This document shows positions 35,360-46,554 of a stretch of 64,000 nt of DNA, one piece after another (positions within the stretch are counted from its first letter, which is position 1; the number at the start of each line of letters is the position of its first letter). Below the pieces are notes generated by a model. The model worked only from the letters and a program-made list of their open reading frames with translations. It had not been told where the DNA came from and made no database searches. The stretch spans positions 149,050,001 through 149,114,000 of the forward strand of contig CM059432.1 in NCBI GenBank assembly GCA_030390025.1, written 5' to 3'. The DNA is from Squalus acanthias. Lineage: Eukaryota. Position numbers and translations under genes: made by a program.

Positions 35360-36100
35360 GGATGGAGCAGCCTGGGCGCACGTGCACTTCAACCCCTGGG
35401 CACTCGGACGCTATACGCATGCGCAAAAAAGTGTGTGTGTGTGTGTGTGTAAATCCCGCTGCGCATGCGCACACGCTGGGGAGCTGAACGTCTCGGCGCA
35501 TGCGCGGCGGTGGTTTTTTTTTTGTTGCACGCATGCGTACGGAGCGATTTGCGGAGTGGATGTGAAGTGAAGGCGGGCGGGGTGACTGACTGGAGGCGGC
35601 TGTGACTTTTAACCTGAAGTGGTGCAGGCGGGAGGCCGGCCCGACTTTCCGACCTGACTGACTGTCTGTCAGTCAGTCAAAAACTGGGTTGGGAGAAGAA
35701 AGGATTGGTGGCTGGCTGGTTGGCGGGCGATCGGGCGATGTCCGGCCTGGCGATCGGGTGGGTGAGGAGCGGTTCGGAGGAGGCTGAGTGAGCTGGCGAA
35801 TGGCCGGCTTGATCTTCGACTGACTGACCGACCGAGGGAGCGAGCGAGGCCCGCGGGTAAGGTGACCCCGCGCCTCGGGGCCTCGGGGCCTCTGTCCGGC
35901 CCGGCACTGGGCCATTGTCGTCGGCGCGCTGGAGTTTGACTGCACCCCCCCCCTCACACACCCTGCGCGCCCTCTCCACTCCTCGGGGAAACTCCCTTCC
36001 CTGCCCTCGGGCCCGGACCTCCCTCCCTCCCAAAGGCTGTCTTCTGACCAACCCCAGGCTGGGCCAACACTGCTCGCACGGCACGGCACGGCACGGCACT
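35360..36100 (+). promoter_or_regulatory. LRRFIP2: CpG-island promoter of LRRFIP2 with NRF1-type motifs
   Basis: High CpG density not explained by a repeat. CGCATGCG cores at 35415-35425, 35460-35471 (TGCGCATGCGCA), 35496-35505 and 35529-35538. E-box CACGTG at 35379, GC box GGGCGGGG ~35575. Confidence 0.8.
35560..35856 (+). other. LRRFIP2: Probable non-coding first exon of LRRFIP2 (TSS approximate)
   Basis: Donor CGG|GTAAGG at 35857 inside the CpG island, ~1.6 kb upstream of the ATG exon. Confidence 0.6.
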
Positions 36101-36429
36101 GTCTGCCATTGGAAACCCCAAGTCCCTGGCTCCTGTCCAGCCTTGACTTGGTTGTGTTTGTGTTTTTTGTTGTTGTTGTTGAAGGATTTGAAACCCCTTT
36201 TTGCCGAGTTAGTTTGAAGGCTGTGGGGTGAGTTTCCTTGGAGACAGCTGGTGAAGAGAGGGCCGTCCGTCATGCTGCATTCCACAGCAATTCGCTGTCA
36301 AACTTTTCACTCCAAGAGTCAGCGAGGACAGTCGGGGGTGACCGGGGGCAGCAGTTCTGAGATCGGATATCCTGCTGCCATATCAAGTCCTGCTTGGCAG
36401 ACCTTACTGCCCAACATTGACTTCTGCCC

Positions 36430-36805
36430 TCCCTCCCACTGACTCGGGATTTAAAATTCTCCTCCTTGTGTTTAAATCCTTCTTCTGTGCGTCCCATTTT
36501 CCCTGTTTCTGTGATCAGCGCCAGCCTTGCATTTGCAACCCCTCCCCCTTTAACTATGTTTCTGTGGCCCTTGTGCACCCTCTTCTTTGCTCCACCGTGG
36601 GTGTCTGTGCCTTCAGCTGCTCTCACATGTTAAATCCTTAAACCCCTCTGCTTGTCCAACTCCTCCTTTAAGACCTTTCTTGATATCCACCCTTTTTTTT
36701 CAAGCTTTGGGTCATCGTTCCTTATCTCTGTCTTGCCCTCTGTTTACCTCGCGCTTCTGTGAAGCACTGCCAGATGTTTTTCTACATTAAAGGCGATATC
36801 TAAAT
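36430..36805 (+). mobile_element. Old L2 3' fragment
   Basis: FKILLLVFKS peptide and AAAGGCGATATCTAAATAAA-type tail. Confidence 0.55.
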
Positions 36806-37485
36806 AAAGCAGTGCAGCAGTTCACAATAAGTCTGCAATTCAGAAGTTTTTTTTAATTTAAGAAATGTTGTGGTGTTGTCTGCGCAATGACATTGCAGGA
36901 GTATGCAATGAAGTGACTTCAAGCTTACTGTCAAGAGGGGAACTGCCCTCCATCTCCCAAAGTTGCTGTGCAAGGGGATTTGTGCTTCTGGTGTGAAACC
37001 CTAAGCAGTCGGACCACCTGCTTGTGGTTTCACTTCCAGTTTCTGAGTGCAAAATGGAGTCAAATCACTCATCTGATTCTGCTCTTATTTTACAACTTTA
37101 GTGTTGCAGCAAAGTGGAAAGGTTGGAGCATAAATGCACCCTTGAACATTGTAATCTGGCTTGAAGTGAACTTGTGTTACAGTAATCAGCTTCAGTTAAA
37201 TGACAGCAACACAACAAATAAAACCAAAGCATTTGTGGTTAACACATCACTAATGTGTGAAGCCACATCCATGGGGTTTGCAGCAGAACTCACCAAACTG
37301 AATGTCATTGTGTACTTTAAATGCATAACTTGTATGTCGGTTGTTTCTGTACAAAAGGGGCAAAGTTGGTAAAAATCTTCCTTTGCCTTCACAGTACAAC
37401 CGTGGAAGGAGTACCTTTTTTAAACAGTATTTGGTCCGACTGTCTTGAAATTGTGTAGAAGATTTTATTTAAGTATTTGGAGAAA

Positions 37486-37575
37486 ATGGGGACACCCGGA
37501 GCTGGAAGGAAACGAACACCTATTAAAGATAGATTCTCAGCTGAAGATGAAGCCTTAAGCCACATTGCCAGAGAG
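37486..37575 (+). CDS. LRRFIP2: LRRFIP2 first coding exon (partial CDS, continues beyond the window)
   Basis: Translates [30 protein letters not shown], matching the recalled LRRFIP2 N-terminus ([30 protein letters not shown]) better than LRRFIP1. Phase-0 donor GAG|GTTGGT. Probable acceptor TTTTTTAAACAG| at 37427/37428. Confidence 0.92.
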
Positions 37576-38559
37576 GTTGGTTGTAATTTCATTTTGATCT
37601 TGTGTTTATATTATAGTAATCTGGGTGTACTGGTTGGTTAGGCTGGGGCATTCTCAGCTCTATTTTGCTGAATTTATAGTTTGAAATTCGCTTCCCCCCC
37701 AGGGTTCACGGTATTACGAGCAGAGGCTTGTGGCATATTTTGTATGAAATGTTAGAAAGTGCATTTCTTGTGGTGCCGAATACAGGTTCGGTAATGGAGA
37801 GGAATGCTGTGGTAATCTTAACAAACTTAAAAGCGCACTCAGATGTGAGTAAATGTTTATAAATGTGGAAGTAGTAGTGTTTTTATACTTTCTGTCTCCT
37901 TTTTGATCGGCACTTGTATAGATTAGTAACAGATGTACCTGTTTGTCTCTAAATTTCCCAGCCAAGTGAAGTACAGGAAGCCCTAGATGATTTTTCATTC
38001 TAACTCACATAAGGGTTGCACATTACACTGTCCATGATTTGCTAAGTTGTCATCTGATGGATCGTATCTTGCGTCAGACCAAATGGTGTAATGCGTTATT
38101 TCATGAACTAATGGCTGGTATTCGCTTTTTTTGTCTGCAATTTTTTAAGCACGTTTTGTATTGTGTAATGTGCCGTAAGTTATCAAATTACACAGGTACC
38201 TGGTGTGGACTGTCATCCTTGGGAGAAATAATCGTCAGTATATATGTTTATGCAAGTAACTTTGTGTTTGTTCCAAAATGAATTAGTTTGTGGAAACTTT
38301 TTTTTGTAAAATAATGCTGTGAAAGCCTTAAATTAAATTTGTTGCAAGTGAGATCTCATTTATTTTAAACTGGTCAGTGACTTTCAAATTTGTACTTGGT
38401 GATTTTTTTTTCAGTGGTTGCTTTAGTTCAAAATTATGTGCCATGGAGAAAGCAGAGTTTCCTCTGCCAGTTTTCTTCTCTTCCCCTCCTCCTGAAGGTG
38501 TTGAATCTTCATTCAGGAGCAGTTGCATGCTTGTACTAAAGTAATGACCATCAATTTCC

Positions 38560-39495
38560 CTTCTTAGACACAATGCTAGCTGACATTGTAAATGGTACCC
38601 TCACCTTCAGTACTGTCCTTATCCCTTTCAAAACCACTGTCATTAGCACCTCCTCAAAAATCCCCCCTTGACTCCTGTATCCATGGAAACTACTGCCCTT
38701 TCTCCAACCTCCCTTTCCTCTCTGCTGGCGGCTTCCAAATCCGTGCCCATCTTTCCCATAAATCCACGTTTGAATATCTACAATTGGAATTGGTTTCTGC
38801 CCCTGCAACAGCACTGGAATGGACCTCATCAAAGTCACAAATTACATCTTTTGTAACTGTGGTGCATAATGCCTCCTCATCCTCTTTTACTTCCCTGCAG
38901 CCTTTGACACAGTTAACCGCACCATCCTCTTCCAGCCCCTCCCCTCTTTTGTCCAGCTCAGTGAGACTGCTCTCACTTGGTTCCACTCTTGCCTATCCGA
39001 TCGTAGTCAGAGCATCTCGAGCAATGGCTTCCCTTCCTGCCCCCGCACCATTATCTCTAGAGTCCCCCCAAGGATTTATCCTCCTCTTCTTCATCTACAG
39101 GCTGCCCCTTGGCAACATCATCCATAGACATGGGGTCAGCTTCCACATGTAGGCTGACAACACCGAGTTGCACCTCTCCATCACGTCTCTCGAACCATCC
39201 ACTACCTCTTGGGTTTTCAGACTGCTTGTCCGACATCCAGTCTTGGATGAACAGTGATTTTTCTCCAGTTAAATGTTGGTGAAACTGAAGCCATCATCAT
39301 TGGTCCTCACCACAAACTTCATACCTTGCTCCTGATTCCATTTCTTCCCGCTCTCTCCTTCCCCCCCCCCCCCCCACCTCTCCTGCCTGGCAGTTGTCTC
39401 CTTTTGGCTTGGCATCCGTTTATTGCTAATGATGCCTCTCTGAAGAGCCTTGGGCCGTTATTCTATGTTAAAGATGCTATATAAATGCAAGTTGT
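38560..39495 (+). mobile_element. Degraded L2 fragment
   Basis: PQGFILLFFIYRLPLGNIIHRHGVSFHM*ADNT, FLQLNVGETEAI, tail GCTATATAAATGCAAGTTGTTGTT. Confidence 0.8.
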
Positions 39496-40007
39496 TGTTG
39501 CCAAGCTCCCTGTGGTACCGTACCCAGGTAATAACTGTTCATGTGTGTACCTGAGTATTGAGTGTCGACAGGATAGACAACTGCGTAGTGGGGGGTGACG
39601 CCGCAGCTAATCGGAATCCTGTCCTCGCCCATTTTCTATACACACGCACTTCTAGTAGAGGTTGTTGGATAACAATCAGGATTGGAACGCTGGCTGATTT
39701 TGTTTGTCCATTCCCTAATCCCGATTTACTGGGGTCACTACGCCACTGCCCTGACTAAGATTAGCCCTACTTTAGCACAGACTGGAGATCAAATCTGGGA
39801 CTTAACTGGTCTGTGGAGTTCAGCTGCTCACAGCCTGAATCATCTGGACTCTGGATTTTTTCAGTGACAGTCACATAAACCGCTAAATATTTTAAGAAAA
39901 ACTGGCAACTGAAGGAGAAACTCTGGAGGAGGCGTGAAGCTATTTTTAAAAAAAGTTATTGCATCTGAAACTTGCAGTGCAAAATATGGTTCAAATTCAT
40001 GGTACAT

Positions 40008-40215
40008 GGGTTTTAAATGGTAAACTTTTGGAGACTCTACCTCTAGAATGGAGTCTTGCTCACAAGGGAGCATGAATTGGAGAATTAGGAGCAGAGGCCA
40101 GCATGCCCAATTTGCAGAACTTCAGATTTGATTTTGCCCGATTCTCCAATTTATGCTCCCATTAAGTGAGACTCTGCCAGGGGCAGAGTCTGTGAAAGTT
40201 TTCTGCAAATATCCT
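40008..40215. repeat. Palindromic MITE-like element
   Basis: Arms GGGAGCATGAATTGGAGAAT / ATTCTCCAATTTATGCTCCC plus outer AAACTTT..AGACTCT / AGAGTCT..AAAGTTT. Confidence 0.55.
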
Positions 40216-40255
40216 TAAATTGACCCTGTGGTCCAGGTTAGTTACATCATTGAGT

Positions 40256-40650
40256 AAGAAAGGACTTGCATTTTATATAGTGCCTGTCATGTCCTTAGGG
40301 TGTCCCAAAGCATTTCACAACCAATTAGTACTTTTGTCGTGTAGTCACTGCTGTTATTAAGGCAAATATAGCAGCCAATTTCGTAATTGCAGAGTTCCAC
40401 AAACAGCAGTGAGGTAGACATTTTAGTGATGGTTGACCCCAGGAGAACTACCCTGCTAATCTTCAAATAGTGCCACGGGATCTTTCATGTCCACCTGAGC
40501 AGGCAGACAGGGCTTCGGTTTAATGTCTCAACCAAAAGATGGCACTTCAGACAGTGTTGGCTGTGTTTGCATGCTCACTCCCTGGAGTGGGGCTCCAACC
40601 CATGACCTTTTGACTCCGAGGCAAGAGTACGACTACTTCGCTAAGAGTGA
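40256..40650 (-). mobile_element. Deu-domain SINE (second copy)
   Basis: Aligns by eye with 5665-6030. tRNA-like head toward 40590-40650. Confidence 0.7.
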
Positions 40651-41404
40651 CACTTAGAGTAGCCACCAAAAGCTTCTAAATAACAGAAAATGGGAAGCAG
40701 AAGAACAATGTTTTGTACTTGAGCACTGTCACAAGAGGCTGTTTAAACAAGAGTGTCGTAATGTGTTGCAAGATGTTGTGGTTGTGCACACTTCCATTTA
40801 TGTGTTCAGTGGACAAGTACTGTATGAAGTTACAAGAAATTTATTTTAAATTTACTGGAATATCTGTCTGGTTTATACTAAAGCTCACGTTACATAGTTA
40901 ATTTAGCAAATACAATTTTTTAAGATGAGAAATATTTAAAATGAACTAGACACTGGAGAAAAAAATTCCAGTGAAAAAGAATGTTCCATTGCAGAAACAT
41001 GTCATTCAGCTGTCAGATTGGCCCATATTTTTCTTTGCGTGACTCACCTAGTCTAGTCCTCTAAAGTGGCAAGTGATAATGTTAGGAGTGTATGTATTGG
41101 GACAAACATTAATTTTGTAACGAATACTTCCCCAGCCAATGCTAAAAGCACCGATTTGCACTTCTGAAACATCACCTGCCTTTGATTTTACCTTACATCA
41201 TTGCCACTGAAACTCTTCATTATGCCATAATTTCCTGCAGAGTCCAATAGTGGCTTCACTGGCCTCCTGAGTTTCTCCAGTCATAAACTGCAAATTGCCC
41301 AAAACTTAGCTGACTGCATTCTGTCCCACACTAAGTCCCTACTTAGTCATCATCCCTCTCTTCACCAACCTCTGTTGGCTCTCCATTCACCCTACACATC
41401 ATAC

Positions 41405-42045
41405 AATTACATAGAATATACAGAAACAGGCCACCTGGCCCAACCAGTCCATGCCGGCGTTTATGCTCCACTCGTGCCTCCTTCCCATCCTTCTTCATCT
41501 CACCCTATCAGCATAACTCTCTATTCCCTTCTCCCTCATATGGTTATCTAGCTTCCCCTTAAACGTATCTATACTATTCGCCTCAACAGCTCCCCGTGGT
41601 AGCGAGTTCCACATTCTCGCCACTCTCTGGGTAAAAAAAAAAGTTTGTCTGAATTCCCGATTTGATTTCTTGGTGACTATCTTGTATTGATGGCCTCTAG
41701 TTTTGCTCTTTCCACAAATGGAAACACTCTCTCTAAAATTATGAAAGGTTTTGATAGAGTACATATAAAGACCTCTATTAGGTCACTCTTCAGCCTTCTC
41801 TGTTCAAGAGAAAAGAGACCCAGCCTGTTGATACTTTCCCAGTGGATATAACCTTGCATTTCTGGTATCATCGTTGTAAATCTATTTTGCACCCTCGCCA
41901 GTGTGCCTCTATCCTTTTTATAATATGGCGACCAGCACTGTACACAGTACTCCCTGTGTGGTCTAACCAAGGTTTGATACAAGTTTAGCATAACTTTACT
42001 ACTTTTCAATTCTATCCCTGTAGAAATTAACCTTTGTGCTTGGTT
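41405..42045 (-). mobile_element. CR1 3' fragment inserted in an old L2
   Basis: VMLNLYQTLVRPHREYCVQCWSPYYKKD. L2-like sequence on both sides (41150-41400 and 42050-42200). Confidence 0.82.
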
Positions 42046-42211
42046 TCAAATTCAAACGCCGTGTACTCATCTACAAGTCCTTCCACGGTCTTGCTCGTTC
42101 CTACCTTTGTAGCCTCCTCTAGCACAGCATGCCTCCCCGCGACATCTGCTTTTCTGACTCTGGCTTCCTTTGCATTTTCCACCCAACCCCATCCCTCACA
42201 TTAGCTGGATA

Positions 42212-44003
42212 TTTTTTTATTCATTCACGGGAAGTGGGCGCCGGCATTTATTGCCCATCCCTAATTGCCCTTGAAGGTGATGGTGAGCCACCTTTTTGAA
42301 CCGCTACAGTCCGTGTGATGAAGGTACTCCCACAATGCTATTAGGGAGGGAGTTCAGGATTGTGACCCAGCGACGATGAAGGAACGGCGATATATTTCCA
42401 AGTCAGAATGGTGTGTGACTTGGAGGGGAACTTGGAGGTGGTGTTCCCATGCGCCTGCTGCCCTTGTCCTTTTTAGGTGGTAGAGCTCGTGGGTTTGGGA
42501 GGTGCTGCCGAAGAAGCCTTGGCGAGTTGCTGCAGTGCATCTTGTACATGGCACACACTGCAGACACGGTGCGCTGGTGGTGGAGGAAGTGAATGTTTTA
42601 GGTGGTGGATAGGGTGCCAATCAAGCGGGCTGCTTTGTCCTGGATGATGTGGAGCTTCTTGAGTGTTGTTGGAGTTGCACTCATCCAGGCAAGTTGAGAG
42701 TATTCCATCACACTCCTGACTTGTACCTTGTAGATGGTGGAAAGGCTTTGAGGAGTCGGGAGGTGAGTCACTTGCCACAGAATACCCAGAGCCTCTGATT
42801 TGCTCTTGTAGCCACAGTATTTATGTGGCTGGCCCAATTAAGTTTATGGTCATTGGTGACCCCCAGGATGTTGATGGTGGGGGATTCGGCGATGGTAATG
42901 CCATTGAATGTCAAGGGGAGGTGGTCAGACTTTCTCTTGTTGGAGATGGTCATTGCCTGGCACTTGTGTGGCACGACTGTTACTTGCCACTTATCAGCCC
43001 AAGCCTGAATGTTGTCAAAGTGTTTCTGCATGCGGGCGAGGAGTTGCGAATTTAACTGAACACTGTGCAATCATCAAACATCTTCGCTTCTGACCTTGTG
43101 ATGGAGGGAAGGTCATTGATGAAGCAGCTGAAGATGTTTGGGCTGAGGACATTGCTCTGAGGAACTCCTGCAGCGATGTCCTGGGGCTGAGATGATTGGC
43201 CTCCAACAACGACAACCATCTTCCTTTGTGCTAGGTATGACAATAGCCAGTGGAGAGTTTTCCCATTGACTTGAATTTTACTGGGGCTGCTTGATGCCAC
43301 ACTCGGTCAAATGCTGCCTTGATGTCAAGGGCAGTCACTCTCCCCTCACCTCTGAAATTCAGCTCTTTTTGCCCATGTTTGGACCAAGGCTGTAATGAGG
43401 TCTGGAGCCGAGTGGTCCTGGCGGAACCCAAACTGAGCATTAGTGAGCAGGTTATTGGTGAGTAAGTGCTGCTTGATAGCACTGTTGATGACCCATTCCA
43501 CCACTATGCTGATGATTGATTGAGAGTCGGCTGATGGGGCGGTAATTGGCCAGATTGGATTTGTCCTGTTTTTTGTGAACAGGACATACCTGGGCAATTT
43601 CCCACTTTGTCGGGTTGCTGCCAGTGTTGTAGCTGTACTGGTTAGAGGCATGGCTAGTTCTGGAGCACAAGACTTCATCACTACAGCCAGGATGTTGTTG
43701 GGGCCCATAGCCTTTGCTGTATCCCGTGCACTAGGTCGTTTCTTTATCATGTGGAGTGATTCCAATTGGCTTCTGTGATGATGGGGACCTTGGAATGAGG
43801 CCAAGATGGATCATCCACACTCGACAATTCTGGCTGAAGATGGGTGCAAATGCTTCAGCCTTGTCTTTTGCACTCATGTGCTGGGCTCCGCCATCATTGG
43901 GGATGTTCATGGAGCCGCCTTTTCCCGTTAGTTGTTTAATTGTCTGCCATTCACGACTGGATGTGGCAGGACTGCAGAACTTTGATCTGATCTGCTGGTT
44001 ATG
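42212..44003 (-). mobile_element. Single-ORF LINE family, 5'-truncated copy
   Basis: KAMGPNNI, NYRPIS, QFGFRQDHSAPDLITAL, LDIKAAFDRVWHQ, GVPQSNVLSP, shared tail. Confidence 0.9.
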
Positions 44004-45090
44004 GTGAAAAGTTTTTGAAAACAAGTAATTATAGATTTGAAATGGCTGAAGGCAGCAATGAAGTAGATCAACCAAGTTCATCAATTTAAAGTGCGAGTGC
44101 AAAGATTTAGGGTAGAGGAGATTAGAAGAGAAGTATCCCCATCCCCAGGGTTTGGTATTTATGTGGCTGGGACGCTCACCAAAACTAGGTAAAAGCTGTA
44201 TACTTTAAGAAGACGCTGGCTGAATATGTGGTCATGGAAAAACCTTGACGATTATAGGAATGAGAATGGACCCAGATCAGGTGTGTCCTAGGTTTTTGTC
44301 TTTGTGTGCAACAGGTACATGCAGCCTGGTGGGCCAAATATCCAATTGAAGTCTGCTCCCAGAAATCTCCAGTTTTGCTGATGCTAAACAGAGCTTGGTG
44401 TTCTGATTGAGGGCTTATCCAACAATGAGGCAATTGGAGCAAGAACAGTCCTTTTCAAACATTTAAACCCATGCTTGGATAAACCAGAGAACAAGAAATA
44501 GAAACACAGATGGGATTGGGTTCTCTGAGCTTTGAGGGCTGGAAATAGTCCATGGCCATATTTTGGGCACATTAGGCTTGGGTGATCAAATACCTGAGAG
44601 CGTTGCAGTCCTCTTGAGATACTCGAGATTTTCTTGTTGAGGTTAGGTAAACATTTCAGAATTTACTCCTGCCTGTTTCCTATGTTCATCTTGCTCAGAA
44701 AATTACGGAATCCTGATTGTGCAGACCAGTGGTGTCTAATCTTCTGTCTTCTTGGGTCACACAGATGCATGTTGTGGAGCCTCAGGACCACACAAAGTTT
44801 AAATTCCTCTTCCTCTTGGCTTGTGTACATATTTCAAGCTGCGGATACCAATAGGTCTTGGTGTTCTAAATTAGGTTTAATTAATCACTGAGGCAACAGC
44901 ACAGAAAACCGCCCTTTCCAAACCCCTCGACCCACAGAATTCAAGCAGGATAAACCAGTCAATAAGAACTATTAAGGGCTGAGTTGCTTGGGGTTTGAAT
45001 TGCATGTGATTGCAGATTGGTCACAGTTGGTGTGTACAGAGTTAGCAATCTTGTCTTTTTGCGACCTTTAACTGAAGTTTGAGTCAAGCT

Positions 45091-46041
45091 CAGGGGTGGG
45101 CAGTTATTTGGGCTGGAGGGCCACTTGACAAGTTTTGGTGAGCTGTCGAGGGCCGCACACTGCTTTTCCCGTACTAAAGCCAGTGAGTGGCCTGCGCGGG
45201 TCCTTCACATGGTGGTGTGGCCGCACAGCTGAATGGGAACGTTGTTGCACACACACAATGAATTGTGTTAACAACAACTACCATTAAAATTTGTTATGGC
45301 ATTTATTGTATTAAGAACCCTTCATGTCGTTTCCACACTTGTTAATAAGTCTTGTTATTTTTATTAAGACTTATTAACACGCTAACCAACATGATACAGG
45401 TTTACCCAAAACTTAGCTTAGCCATTGATGATCTTATGACATAATTAAAACTGGTTACTCGACAATTGCTGTAAAATTTTGTAAAAGAAAAACTTTAAGC
45501 AGTTATAAACTTTCAGAAGATACTATTTTAACAATTACAGAAGAAACGAATCATCTAACAATCCAACATCGAAATAATATTTTAATTTTATTTCAAAAAA
45601 ATAACTTTTGTCCTGGTTTTTTTTGAGTAGTGTGTATAGAAGCGATTGCATAATAGTTAAAACTATAGTCTTACACTTGTATATTAAAAATTGGGTTAAA
45701 GAAAAACAAAGAAGCTCACTCAGTGGGAAGAATGAAGCTTCTGTTGTGCATTAACCAGAGAATTGAAGTCAGGCATCTTCTCGGTTGTTGCATTGCAGAG
45801 CAATGTCTCAAATACACAGGGGAGACTAATGCAGGCAAAACCAACTCGTGGGAAACTACAGATGGAAGAAACCAAACTCGTTGACCCCTAGGGGACTGTG
45901 GACACCCAGTTCAGGGTGCATGTGTCCCAGAAGCAGCCGACCAAGACAGCAGAGCAAAAGTCGTTTTTTTTTTTTCTGGTGCGTTTGAGAAGCAGCTGGC
46001 GGACCGGATACGGCCTGTGGGCTGTATTGTGCCTGCCGCTG
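45091..46041. mobile_element. Non-autonomous hAT (Charlie-like) element
   Basis: Termini CAGGGGTGGGCA / TGCCTGCCGCTG and 8-bp TSD GTCAAGCT / GTCTAGCT (7 of 8 match). Confidence 0.75.
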
Positions 46042-46554
46042 GTCTAGCTGATTGGATGAAAGACTCCCCATGTTGGCAGAATCCTTTCTCGATATTTCTC
46101 CCTTGCTGACCTCCCATTCTCCACTTTCAATAAACTCCAAATTGTTCGAAACTTAGCTCTATGTATCTTGACCTACTTATCCGTCACGCCCTTCTTTGCT
46201 GCCCTACGTTGGTTCTGTGACTTTCATGTTTAAACTTAACATCATTTTGAAATCCTGCCAAGACCACACTGCAACCATCCTTAAATGCCCTCCCATACCA
46301 TTCGGTCCTGCTACTCTGGCTTTTTGTGGATACTCCCCTTCCCTCTATCCCATCGCTGGTGGCTATCTACTGTCTGAATTCTCTCCCAAAAACCCTCTGC
46401 CTCTCTATTTTTTAAAACCTAAAAACCCATTTTCCCAACTAAGCTTTCAGTCCCCTTTCTACTCTTGCACCATGGCTAAGTGGCATCTGCTATTTTTTGT
46501 GCATTTTTTTTTCTCCCCCCCCCCCCCCCCCCCCCATTCCATGTTAAACACTGT

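Noticed and set aside
35673..36285. GC-rich ORFs over the CpG island (138-202 aa)
   Set aside because: Low-complexity, no recognisable domain, and expected by chance in GC-rich DNA.
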